From contig CAVWLP010000003.1 in the NCBI GenBank assembly GCA_963755915.1, forward strand, positions 1,216,001 through 1,280,000: a stretch of 64,000 bases of DNA, read 5' to 3'. Numbering within the stretch: the first letter of the stretch is position 1; every line of letters begins with the position of its first letter. The stretch comes from an uncultured Phycisphaerales bacterium (GTDB taxonomy: Bacteria; Planctomycetota; Phycisphaerae; Tepidisphaerales; Tepidisphaeraceae). The notes below the pieces were generated by a model. The model saw nothing but the letters and a program-made list of their open reading frames with translations. It was not told the DNA's origin and did not search any database. Positions 32,422 through 44,321 of the stretch are shown piece by piece. The translations under genes were made by a program, and so were the position numbers.

Positions 32422-34670
32422 GTGACCGAGCGTTTCGTTGGGGGGGTCGGTGTCCCCACGCCAATTTCGCAGCAGTCGAAGTCCGCGCACAGCGTGGCGC
32501 GGGGGTCATTGTTCCCATATTTTTCTGCACGCTGGTTTGCAGCTCGGCCATGCTTTTTTTTGTGGAGCCGATGTTTGCGAAGCTGCTGCTTCCGCTGCTG
32601 GGTGGGACGCCGGGGGTTTGGAATACGTGCATGGTTTGCTTCCAGGCGCTGCTGCTGGCGGCATATGCGTTTGGGTACTGGTCGATCGGCCAGCTCGGGG
32701 TGAAGCGGCAAACGGTGGTGCAGATATTGCTTTTGATCGCGGCAGCGCTGGCGTTGCCGGTGGCGCTGCCGCGAGGATATTACCCCCCCGCCGGGGGCAA
32801 TCCGATTCTCTGGGTGATGGGAAATGTGATCGTCGCGGTCGGGCTGCCATTTTTCGCGGTGGCGACGACGGCCCCGGTGATGCAGCGGTGGTTTTCCGCG
32901 ACCGGACACCGGGCCGGCAGTGATCCGTATTTTCTTTACGCCGCCAGCAACCTGGGAAGCCTCGCGGCGCTGATCGCCTATCCGACACTCGTCGAGCCGA
33001 GGGTAGGGCTGCGGCAGCAGGCGCAGCTCTGGTCAATCGGATATGCCTGGCTGGTGGCGCTAACGGCGGCCTGCGCTGTTTGTACGGCCTGGGCAGATCG
33101 TGCAGAAAATCGAGCGGGAAGGAATTTCCTGGCAACGGAGGGGCCGGTGGATTTTGCTGGCGATGATTCCCTCCAGCCTGCTGCTGGGAACGACGACGTT
33201 TATCACGACGGACATCGCGGCTGTGCCAATGCTTTGGATCGTGCCGCTGGTGATCTATCTGCTGAGTTTTATTTTTGTGTTTTCGTCGCGGCAGGTTTTG
33301 CCGCATCAACTCATGATGCGGCTTCAACCGGTTTGCGTGCTGTGGGTCGCACTGTTCATGCTCGGCCGCGTGGGCCAGCCGGTTTGGATGGTGCTGGCCG
33401 TGCACCTGGGATGCTTGTTTGTGTCGTCGATGGCGTGTCATGGAGAGCTGGCGAAAGACCGTCCGTCGGCGGGAAGGCTGACCGATTTTTATCTGATGAT
33501 GGCGCTCGGCGGGGTCCTGGGGGGCCTGTTTAATGCGCTGGCCGCCCCACTGCTGTTCAACAGCGCGGTGGAATATCCGGTGGCGCTGATCGCGGCATGC
33601 TGGGTTTGTGGGAGAAAGAAGCTCAGCCGCAGGGGAATGATCGTGGATTTCGTTTGGCCGGTCATCGTCGGGGCGCTTGCCTGGGGCGTTTTGCGCCGAC
33701 CGCCGGCGAGGCGATTTCAGCGAGGATGCTGGCCGTTGGCGTCGCAGTGATGATGGCGGGGTTGGCACTGCCCTGGCGGCGAAGGTTTGTGCTTTCACTG
33801 GCAGCACTGTTTCTGGTGGGCGGGGCGGAGGTGGGGAGGGGCGAAGTTTTGCTGGCGCGGCGGAGTTTTTTCGGGATTCACCGGGTGGTGAGGAATCCGG
33901 ATGGGCCATTCAATGATATTTATCATGGGACGACGGTGCATGGGCGGGAGTTTGTGGACGCGTCGGGCAGACCGGTGCGGGCGACAACGCCGCTGACGTA
34001 TTACAGCCGCAGCGGGCCGATCGGGGAGATCCTGGCGAAGGAGATCGCGGCAAATCCGCGGCGGCGAATTTCGGTTGTGGGGCTGGGGGTCGGAAGTTTG
34101 GCGGCTTATGCGCAGGACGGGACGCAGATCACGTATTATGAGATCGATCCGGCGGTCAGGTGGATCGCGCGGGATTCCGGATATTTTTCGTATCTGAAGT
34201 CGGCGCAGGATCGCGGAGCCGTTGTGAAGATTGTCATGGGGGACGCGCGGCTGACGCTGGGGACCGCGGTCTCGAAATCGTGTGATGTGCTGGTGATCGA
34301 TGCGTTCAGTGGGGATGCGGTTCCGGTGCATCTGCTGACCCGGCAGGCGATGCGGATTTATCTTGATAAGCTCGATCGCGGGGGGATTCTGGCGTTTCAT
34401 ATTTCGAATATGTATCTGAACCTGCTGCCGGTGTGCGCGGCGCTGGCGAGCGATGGGGGATGCGTTGCGCTATATCGAAACGATCTGGACGTGAGTCCGG
34501 AAGAAGCGATGGCGGGGAAGTCGGCGTCGCAGTGGGTCGTCATAGCGCGGGATGTGGGGGATTTGGGGGTGGTGAGCGGGGATTCGAGGTGGAAACCGCT
34601 GAAGGCGGTGGGTAAGCGGGTGTGGACGGATGATTTTTCGGACATATTCAGCGTTTTTCAGTGGAAGTGA
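32422..34670 (+). CDS. Membrane 'fused MFS/spermidine synthase'-like SAM-dependent transferase; frameshifts near 32503, 33090 and 33685
   Basis: LFFVEPMFAKLLLPLLGGTPGVWNT, DPYFLYAASNLGS, CHGELAKDRP, GLGVGSL, YEIDP, GDAR, DAFSGDAVPVHLLT and WTDDFS, spread across four overlapping ORFs. Confidence 0.85.
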
Positions 34671-36923
34671 TGCGACGCCGGCGCTTCAGGACGGCGAGGG
34701 TCGAGAAGAGCAGCAGACCGGCCGAGGCGGGTTCGGGGACGGCGAGGGAAAGGCCGTTGGCGGCGGCGAAGGCGTTGAGGGCCGACCAATCGGCGGCGGT
34801 GACCTGCGCATCGGCGCCGCTGTCGCCCTGGCCGAAGTTGGCGGCGAGGGCGGAGAAATCGGCGCCGTTGACGGAGGAGCTGAAGAGGAAATTTCCCTGA
34901 TCCCAATTGGTGACGCCCTTGCCGAAATTGGCGGCGAGGATGCTGAAATCACTTCCATTGACGGTACCGTCGAGATTGGCGTCGCCGAGTAGCGTGTATT
35001 TGACTTCGATTTGCCCAGAGGAAAGCCCGGCCACAACGCCGTCCTTCCCATCCGCGTAGCCGACGCCGTAGGCGTGGTTTGCCGCGGCAGCGGAGGAGAT
35101 GATTCCCAACCCGTTCCATCCGCCGTTGTTGTAGCCGGATTTGATGTAGCCAGCGATGGTGCTGAGGGGATCGCTGGAGGAATAAGTGAGGATGAAATGG
35201 TTGTTGCTGATATCAAACTGTCCCCCGGTGGAGATGGTGAGCGAGGAAAGGTTTTGCCCGCCCACATTGGGGGAGAGCTGGAGGGTGCCGGTGGGTTGAA
35301 TGGCGACAGCGACGCCGGTGGGAAGGGCGCCGGGGTCGCCGGCGATGAGGATGCCGGCGTCGATGGTGGCGGCGGAGAAGGAATTCCGGCCGGTGAGAAG
35401 GAGAATTCCGTTGTCGGTCTTTTCGATGGAGCCATCGGTGAGGGGCGCGGAGACGACGACATCGGCGGCGGCGTTGCCGTGCATGATTTCGAAGAAGACG
35501 TCTTTACCGCCGAGATCGACGTAGCCGGGGGCTTCGCCGGGACCGACGGCGGAACTGGCGATGGTGCCTGTCCCGGAGGTGGCGTCGAACGTCACATCGT
35601 AGAGATCCAAGCTGGCCGGATAAACAGGATCGGCGGAGAGGGTGATCGTGCCGCCATTCAGATACAAAAATGCCTCGGACGCGTTGAAGACAGCCCCGGG
35701 AGCGAGAGAAACGGAGCCGGCGTTTTGATAGAAGGCGTCGCCACCAGACTCTTCGAGAAGCTGCTTGGCGCCGACGGTTATCGTTCCGGTGTTGACCGTG
35801 GTTGACTGGAAGACCGTCGGCGCGTCGACGGTGATGGTGCCGCTGTTGGCGATCTCAGTGGGAGCGTAGGCGTAGTCGTCGCTGCTGGTGGAAGGGGATC
35901 CGACGGCCGTGAAGGTGAGGTTTCCGGAGTTGATGAAGGTTCCGTCGGCTTCAAGCGTTTCGGCAGTGGTTCGCGCCCGACGAGTTCGACATTCCCTGAA
36001 TTGGTCGCAGTTGAGGCTGCGAAAAAAATGATGCCACCGGAGTAGGATGCGGGATTGGGCTGGAATTGGACGGTGACGCCGGAGGGAACGCTCGACCCGC
36101 TGACGTCGCCGACAGCCCCGACAAACTGGAATGTTCCGCTACTCACGGTTGAGGAACCGAGGCTGAGGGTTGGGGCGTCGAAGCTGGAATCGTTGTTGAG
36201 GGTGACGGTGCCGGTGACGGACCCGCCGTTGTAGTTGAACGTGCCGGCGGTAAGGAGCAGAGTGCCGGCAACATTGAGATTGCCGAACCCTTGACTATAG
36301 GTGTTGGAGGTTCCAGTGAGGGAAACCGTGGAACCTGCGTCAATCGCCGTATTGGCGAGGCTGGCGATGGGAGAGGCCAGCGTTTCGTTGGCGTTGAAGA
36401 CGAGCGTGCCGTCTTCGATCGTCGTGGCGCCGGTGTATTGGTTGGGGGCATAGAGTGTGAGCGTTCCATCGCCGAGCTTGGTGAGGCCGCTGGTTCCCGC
36501 AAGCTGCGCGTCGATGGCGGTGGAGACGCCGGGACCGACGGTGATGTCGCCGGTTGCGAGCGTGAGGGTGTCGGAAGCTCCGATGAGGGTGAAGCCGGCG
36601 TTGAAGTCGAGGGAATTGGCGAAGCGGTTGGCCTGGAGCTGGATTTGGCCGACGGTTCCGAGTCCGAAGGTGAGGTCGTCGCCGGGTGCGGAGTTGGGGG
36701 GAGCGGAGTCGACGACGGCGTTGGAAGTCCAGTTGTCGGGGTTGGACCAGTTGGTTCCGTCGCCCGGAACCCCGACGGCGGCATTGCCGTCCCAGGTGGC
36801 GGAGGTTGCCAGGACCGGTGGAGGTTTGAGGAAAACCGCGGCGGCGGCGGGAATGAGCGCGGCGAGGCGCACGGATTTGGAGACGTTCTTGAAGCGCCAC
36901 GACAAATGCTTGCACTTTTGCAT
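34648..36923 (-). CDS. PEP-CTERM protein with autotransporter beta-strand repeats and dockerin-like cassette; frameshift near 35975
   Basis: Signal peptide, [45 protein letters not shown] + KRRRR. Confidence 0.85.
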
Positions 36924-37044
36924 CCCACTACCCTCTTAAATGAGTTGAAGAGAGGGGCAGCATAGCGACGGAGCGGGGAATCCGTCTACAAATTTTCGTA
37001 CCGCGCCTGCGGATTGGGGTGAGAGGAGGGGGTGGTCGGGGGGC

Positions 37045-37080
37045 ATGTCCGAAAATGTCCGGAAATGCCCGGGATTTGAC
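37045..37080. repeat. 10-bp periodic ATGTCC repeats
   Basis: ATGTCCGAAA ATGTCCGGAA ATGCCCGGGA in a divergent intergenic region. Confidence 0.55.
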
Positions 37081-37267
37081 GATGAGTTTTTTTCTCCCCT
37101 GGCTGGGTGCGATCTGCCGGGCCAGGCTTGGGGGGAATATGCGTGGGTGATGAGGTGCATCTATATATAGGTCCGAAAGGTGTACGTTTTGTACCTATTT
37201 TTGGGAAATCGGCGGATTTTTTTGAAATTTTTTTTCGGGGGTGGATCGTTGGGGGCGGCGAAAAGAC

Positions 37268-37300
37268 GCGCCCCGCAAGCGGGGGCGGCTACACGGGGAG
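37268..37300. repeat. GTAG-type REP-like palindrome, empty (uninterrupted) form
   Basis: GCGCCCCGC-AAGCGGGGGCGGCTACACGGGGAG shares the GGCGGCTACACGGGGAG end with 48764-48819. Confidence 0.75.
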
Positions 37301-37407
37301 AGGAGAAGCAGTGTTGGGGGCGGGGGTATTATGGACCTTGGACAGATGTTAAAAAAAGGGGCTGGGGCGCGTGATATTCTACAAATCTAGAACCGATAAA
37401 TGGAGCG

Positions 37408-40400
37408 ATGCATTTCTCTCGCCGGAGAGGCTGCGAGCGGATGAAAGCGTGGTCGGCGCGGAGGCGACGAGTTTTAGCGGCGGCAGTCATTGCGCTGGTG
37501 GAAGCGCAGGGGCAGCGGCGCGCGGCGGCGATGCCGGGCGGCGGGCAGGTCGTGGCGGGGTCGGCGGGGATTTCTTCTTCGGGAAACGCGATGGTGGTTC
37601 GGCAGGCGACCAACCGCGCGATCATCAACTGGAACCAGTTTTCGGTCGGGGCCCGGGAGTCGGTGACGTTTGATCTGCCGACGAAGTTATCGGCCGTTCT
37701 GAACCGGGTTACGACGCTTACGCCTAGCGAGATCGACGGGACGCTGGCTTCCAATGGGAGTGTTTATTTGATCAATCCCAGCGGGATTATTATCGGACCG
37801 CATGGCGAGATCGACGCACAGAGCTTCGTGGCGTCGTCGCTGGACGTGAATAACACGGTTTTCATGGGAGGGGGGAATCTTGCGTTTGCGGGGTCGTCAT
37901 CGGCGGCGGTGGTGAACGAGGGGACGATCAACGCGATGGGGGGAAGCGTCGTGCTGATGGCGCAGAGGGTGCGGAACAGCGGGCAGATCAGCGCGGGCGG
38001 GGGATCGGTGAACCTGGCGGCGGGGAGCGAGGTTCTGCTTCAGCAATCGAGCACGCCGGGATTCACGGTGCGGGTGATGGGAAGCGGGTCGGTGAGCAAC
38101 AGCGGGCTGGTGCAGGCGACGATGGCGCAGCTCGCGGCCAACGGGGGGAACGCGATGGCGCTGGCGATCAACAACACAGGGATCGTTCGCGCGACCGGGG
38201 TGAGGAATGTCGGCGGGCATATTTATCTGAGCGCGGGGGGCGGGGAAGCGAGCAATAACGGGACGCTGGATGCTTCGCCCGGCGCGGGGACGGGCGGGGA
38301 AATCGTGATGACTGGGAAAGATGTGATGGTGGGGAGCGGATCGCAATTGCTGGCGACGGGAGCCAGCGGCGGCGGGGAAATCCTGGTGGGTGGGAGCTGG
38401 GAGAATGAGGATCCTTCGGTGCCGCAGTCGGTGGGAGCGGTTGTCGAGAAAGGGGCGGTGCTGGATGCATCGGCGACGCAGTCGGGGGCGGGGGGGACGA
38501 TCGTGGTGCGATCGGATGTGGAGAATGCGGATTCGGTGACGCGGGCGTATGGAACATTTCTGGCGCAGGGGGCGGGCGTTGGGATGGGCGGGCGGGTGGA
38601 GACGTCGGGGCACTGGCTGGACGCCGGCGGGGCGACGGTGTCGGCGGCGGGACCGGGGGCGCGGGGGAGTGGCTGCTGGACCCGTATAACCTGGTCATCA
38701 ATTCGTCGACGACCAATGGAATCAATGAAACGTCTTCGCCGTGGGTTCCGACGTTTAGCGGGGCGAACGTGGATGCCGCGGATATCGACACAGCGCTGAA
38801 CGGCAACAACAGCGTGACGATCTACACCGGAGGGAACAGCGGGGGTGGAGATTCGGGGAATATCACCGTCAATGCGCCTATCACCAAGTCGAGCGGGAGC
38901 GGCAACGTGACGCTGACCCTCCGGGCGGACAACAACATCATCATCAACGATCCGATTACCGCGACTTCCGGGGTAATGAACATCGTGCTGGATTCGCATT
39001 ACAGCACGGGAGGGAGCACGGCGGGCCTGATCATCCTGGACTCGAATCTGAGCACCAACGGAGGGAATGTGAGCTTCGGGACGGACCGGACATATGGCGG
39101 GGCGCTGATCGGCGGAGATGTTTATCTGAATGCAAGCAGCGCGCAGACAATTTCAACGGCTCCTTCGGCGCGGGCACCGGCGGAAGCGTGACAGTGTGGG
39201 GGCAGGTTCTGATCGCAAATCCGAATGGGCTGGCGATCGATACGGCGGGCGGGGCGGTGAATTTTGAGAGTACGGTGGATTCGGGTGATACGTATTCGCT
39301 GGGAGCGGATGGGAGCGTGACTTGGGCGCAGGCGGTGACGGATGCGCAATCGGGGACGGCGGCGGGGACGAGCGTGGGGGATACGTATCTGGCGACGATC
39401 ACGACGTCGCTGCAGAACCAGATCGCGGCGAACGCGGCGGGATATCAGCCGGCGTGGCTGGGGGGACATCGGCCGATCGTTGGGGGGACGACGAGCCAGA
39501 CCTGGTATTGGGTGACGGGGCCGCTTGGGCAGGCAAATGGGGGGACGGGGACGGCGTTTTTTACGGAGTATTACACGGACCAGGTCTCCAATGCCCCAGA
39601 TGGGACGCCGATCAATGGGGCGTTTACGAACTGGAACAATGGGGAGCCGAACAATGACGGGGGAGTGAATACGACACAGGCGGCGGAGACGACGCTGCAG
39701 TTTGAGGGAACTAACGCGCTGTGGAATGACATATCGCAGAATGACGACTACCCGTATGTGGTGCAGAAAAACCTGGCCCCCAGCACGCTGACGGTCAACG
39801 CCGGCGCGGGGCGGGTGACGTTTGCGGGATTGGTGGGGAGCAACAAGGCGCTGGCGAGTTTGACGGTCACCGGGCCGGTGACGGTGAGCGGGGGTGGAAT
39901 TACCACAACCGGCGCTCAGACCTACAACAATCCGATTGCGCTGGGGTCGTCGAGCACTTATTTCGCGGCGACGGCGAGCGATCTTACGATGGGATCGAAT
40001 ATCAGCTATACGCTGGGAACTCCGGCGACCGTCACGCTGCAGTCGTCGGGAAACATCATGCTCTCCGCCGGCACGTCGATCAGCGGAGCGGGGAGCGGCG
40101 GGCTGGGCGTGACGCTGGATTCCGCGGCCTACGGCGGAACCAGCGGCGCGATCATATCGAGCGCGGGATCCTCAATAAATTCCAACGGCGGTGACGTGGT
40201 GCTGGGCGGCGGAACAACGCCCATCTCCACCCCTGCGTATGGAAATGCGACATACATCGACGGTGTTTTGTTTCTTGCAGCAACGATTTCCACCGGAACC
40301 GGCCAGCTCACCATCAATGGACAGGGATATTCCGGAGGAACCCTGGCGGATGCGGGGGTGGCACTGACCACCAACGGCGGGTCGGGACCGGGGAGTTCGA

Positions 40401-42591
40401 TCACATCGGGTGGCGGGGCAATTTCGATCAATGGCACCGGCGGGAACAGCTCCGGGGGATCGTTGGGAATCGCGATCGTTTCCGGGTCTTCGGTTGCCGC
40501 GACCAACGGAGCGAATTTGACGATCAGCGGCACGGGAGCTCCGGGAAATGCGGTTGGCAACATTGGGGTTAACATCTTTGCATCGACGGTATCGGTGGAC
40601 ACGGGAACGCTGACCATCACCGGCACAGCCGGTGGCGGCACGGGAGGCAGCGGTGTTTTCGCGCCCAACGGCTCGCAGATTCTGTCGAGCAGCGGAGGGC
40701 CGATCGATATCATCGCTACCGGCAACAGCGGTGGGACGGCGCTGTTTCTGAGCGGCGGGGCAATCGTCGGCGGAGCATCGGCAGGTAATGTGACCCTCGA
40801 AGCCGACTCATTGAGCGCCGATCCGCAGACGCAGATCGAGGGTACGGGCACTTTGACGATCTTCCCCGTGAGCGCGGGAACGTCCATCGGCATTGGCGAC
40901 GGCGCGAATGGGACTCTCAGTCTCGATAGTACGACTCTCGGCACCATTCAGAGCGGATTTTCGGCCATCACGTTCGGCGACAATTCGCACACAAGCCAGA
41001 TTGAAGTGGCGGCAGCGAATCTGGGTGGAAATGTAAACCTGATCGCGGGTACGGGTGGAATATCAATCGACGGAAATTTTGTTGTTTCCAATGTCCTGAG
41101 TCTGACTTCCAGCGGCCCGGTGACGCAGAGCGGGCCGATTTCGGCGCAGTCGCTGCTGCTGGGCGGGAGCGGGAGCGTTACGCTGAGCGACTCGAACAAT
41201 TCTGTAGGAACCGTTGCGGGAAATGTCTCGGGGGCGGGCGTGGAATTTGTGGATTTCTCGAGCCTGACGGTGGGGAGTGTTTCGGGAACGAATGGGCTGA
41301 GCGACAGCGCGGGGGCGGTGACGCTGGTTTCCGGCTCGAATATCGTGCTTTCGCAGGGGGTTTCGGGAACGGGAAGCGGAACAACGGTGGTGCTGGCGGC
41401 GGGCGGGAATTTTGTGAATTCGGTAGGCAGCGGGGCGATCGCGACCGGGTCGGGGAGATTTTTGGTTTACTCGACGAACCCGGCGGATGATACGGACGGG
41501 GGACTGAGCGCCGGGCATCTTTATGACGAGACGTATGCCGGGAATCCGCCGGGGAGTATTGGGGCGGGTGGGAATCTTTTTCTGTATAGCTATTCGCCGG
41601 TGCTGACGTTTACGGCGGATGGCAAAACGAAAGTGTATGGAGAGGCGAATCCGGCGCTGACGTACCAGGTGGCAGGATTGGTGAATGGGGACACGCTTTC
41701 CGAGGCGATTTCGGGAACGGCGGCAGTTTCGACGAATGCCACCGCGGATTCGGGGGTGGGAAATTATGCGATTGCGCCGACGCCGGAACTCTGGATTCGC
41801 TGATGGGGTATTCGTTTGATTTTGTGGCGGGGAATCTTTCGGTCACGCAGGCGCCGCTGACGATTACGGCGAATGATGCATCGAAAGTTTACGGGGCGGC
41901 GCTACCGACGTTCAGCGCGAGTTTTTCGGGACTGCTGAATGGGGATTCTTCGAGCGTGGTTTCGGGCTTGCAGTTTTCGAGCAGCGGGAGCGCGCAAAGC
42001 GGGGTTGGGCAGTTTAGCGTAACGCCGGGCGGGGCATTGGCGGGGAATTATTCGATCAGTTATGTCGGGGGGACACTGACGGTAACGCCGGCGCCGCTGA
42101 CGATCGCGGCGGTGAATCAGGCGCGATTGCTGAACGTGCCGAACTCGGCGCTGGCGGTGGATTTTATCGGGCTGGTGAATGCGGATGTGCCGGGAGATGT
42201 TCTTAGCGTGACGCTGAGCACGACGGCACAGACGAGATCGCCGGCGGGGGATTATCCGATCATCGTCTCGGGCGGGGTAAACGGAAATTACGATATTACA
42301 AGGGTTGATGGCACGCTGACGGTTGCGCCGCTGCCGACCGAGGCAATCCAGGGGGAGTGGCAGACGGTGCAGCAGTCGGCGCCGAATTTTGGCGTGGTTC
42401 AGACCAGCATTTTGCCGACGGCGCAGACGGGGGAGCAGGCGCCGGCGAGGGGGTTGCCGGGGAATCTGGTTATGGAGGCGAATGTTCCCGGGCGGGTGAG
42501 GGGCAGAGGGAATATCGCGCTGAGCCGGGAGCAGATGATGCAGAATGCGATTATGCATGTGAGTTCGTTTGATGTGGGCGTGGCGCGATAA
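37408..42591 (+). CDS. TpsA / filamentous-haemagglutinin-like exoprotein with C-type lectin-like and MBG domains; frameshifts near 38657, 39158 and 41783
   Basis: TPS domain (IINWNQFSV, LNRV, YLINPSGIIIG); restored WLLDP motif; WLGG...WYWVTGP...NWNNGEPNN...WND; MBG-like 'KVYGEANPALTY' and 'APLTITANDASKVYG'. Confidence 0.85.
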
Positions 42592-42605
42592 TTGGAAAGG
42601 TTGGC

Positions 42606-44309
42606 ATGTTAAGGACGGCTTGGGTTGCGATTCTGGTGATGGGTCTTGGTTCGGCCGCATGGGGGCAGGATGCCGAGCGGCTGGCGCCGAAGGTGCCCGC
42701 GCCTGGTGGGCCGGCGCAGTTCCAAGCGCCGGGGCCGGCGACGAAGCCGGGGGGAAATGCGGTGGTGGTGGATGATTTGCGCGGGATGGTGTTTGTCGAC
42801 TCGCAGTGGGCGCTGAAGGAATCGTCGGAGGTGAAGGGGATCGACGTCAGCGGGGCGAAGCTTTTGGACAATCCGAAATTTGTGGCCCAGGTTTCGCCGT
42901 TTCTGGGCAAGCCGCTGACGATGGACGGGCTCAATGAGATTTGCCGGCTGGTGGTGCTCTATTGCCGGGGGGAGGACCGGCCGGTGGTGGACGCGATCGT
43001 GCCCGAGCAGGATGTCACGCGGGGGACGGTGCAGATTTTGCTGCTGGAGGGAAGGGTGGGGAAAGTGGTATCGGAGGGGAATCGATTTTTCCCGAGCCGA
43101 TTGTTTGTGGATGCGATTCGATCGAAGCCGGGGGATGAGATTGTGCAGTCGAGCTTGATGGACGACGTGGATTGGCTGAACCGGGATCCGTTTCATCATA
43201 CGGATTTGCTGCTTCAAAGCGGCGCAGAGGTCGGGCAGACGGATGTGGTCCTTCAAAGCGAGGACCATTTCCCGGTGCGGGTTTACGCGGGATATGAAAA
43301 CACGGGGCCGATCAGCACCGGCGGGGATCGGTGGCTGACGGGTTTTAACACCGGAAACACCCTGGGTCTGGACGACCAACTGAATTACCAGTTCACGGCC
43401 AACAGCGATATCCAGCGGTTCATCGCGCATAGCGCCAGCTATGTTCTGCCGCTGCCGTGGCGGAATATCCTGACGATTTTCGGCAACTGGTCTTCGACGC
43501 GGGTGATGACGGACCCGGAGATTTTCCAGACGGGGCAGGCGTGGCAGGTGAGCGGGCGATATGAGATTCCCCTGCCGCGCGCGGGAAATTTTCAAAGCTC
43601 GATCATTCTCGGCGGAGATTTTAAGCGCACCAACACCAACGCCGATTTCGGCGGTGACAGCGTGTTTGCATCCAACGTGGACGTCGTGCAGTTCATGGCG
43701 GGGTACGACCTGAGCGAGGCCGACTCGTGCGGGTCGGGGGATGCGTCGATCCAGGGATTTTTCTCGCCGGGATTCATCGGTGGGCAGGATGATGACGCGA
43801 GCTACGAGCAGGCGCGGGCTGGGGCGGATCCGCAGTATGGCTATGGGCTGGTCTCGGCGGATCGGACGACGAATCTGCCGGCGGGATTCTCCTGGCTTTC
43901 GAGATTTCAGGGGCAATATGCCAGCGGGCCGCTACAGGGGAGCGAGCAGCTTGGGATCGGGGGGATAGATTCGGTGCGAGGATATTTCGATCGGGAAGGG
44001 AATGGGGATGACGGCATCATTTTTTCAAATCAGCTCCAGTATCCGGTGAACCTGCCGAAGGTGGCGGGGGTGACGAACCAGGTGATGTTTTTAGCGTTTG
44101 TGGATTATGGCGTGGCCTGGCTGCGGGATGCGCAAATTGGGGAACAGAGCCAGGAGAATTTTCTGGGAGTGGGGCCGGGAATCAGCTATCGGCTGGGGTC
44201 GTGGATCAGCATTGATTATGACTATGGGTGGAGATTGGCGCGAGGGGATCCGGATGTTCATGCGACGGGGAGGAATCATTTGCGCGTCGTGGTGAGTTTT
44301 ACATATTAA
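42606..44309 (+). CDS. TpsB / ShlB-FhaC-HecB family outer-membrane transporter
   Basis: Signal peptide, POTRA-like region (VPEQDVTRGTVQILLLEG), IGGIDSVRGY loop motif, C-terminal aromatic residue. Confidence 0.92.
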   Translation: MLRTAWVAILVMGLGSAAWGQDAERLAPKVPAPGGPAQFQAPGPATKPGGNAVVVDDLRGMVFVDSQWALKESSEVKGIDVSGAKLLDNPKFVAQVSPFLGKPLTMDGLNEICRLVVLYCRGEDRPVVDAIVPEQDVTRGTVQILLLEGRVGKVVSEGNRFFPSRLFVDAIRSKPGDEIVQSSLMDDVDWLNRDPFHHTDLLLQSGAEVGQTDVVLQSEDHFPVRVYAGYENTGPISTGGDRWLTGFNTGNTLGLDDQLNYQFTANSDIQRFIAHSASYVLPLPWRNILTIFGNWSSTRVMTDPEIFQTGQAWQVSGRYEIPLPRAGNFQSSIILGGDFKRTNTNADFGGDSVFASNVDVVQFMAGYDLSEADSCGSGDASIQGFFSPGFIGGQDDDASYEQARAGADPQYGYGLVSADRTTNLPAGFSWLSRFQGQYASGPLQGSEQLGIGGIDSVRGYFDREGNGDDGIIFSNQLQYPVNLPKVAGVTNQVMFLAFVDYGVAWLRDAQIGEQSQENFLGVGPGISYRLGSWISIDYDYGWRLARGDPDVHATGRNHLRVVVSFTY

Positions 44310-44321
44310 AAACCCGAAACC

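Noticed and set aside
4401-35218. Repeated C-terminal cassette as DGR template/variable repeats or a recent duplication
   Set aside because: Differences are mostly synonymous third-position G/C changes, not adenine-specific, and there is no reverse transcriptase in the window.
37408-44309. CDI toxin system
   Set aside because: No VENN/pre-toxin motif, toxin domain or immunity ORF; TpsB follows TpsA directly.
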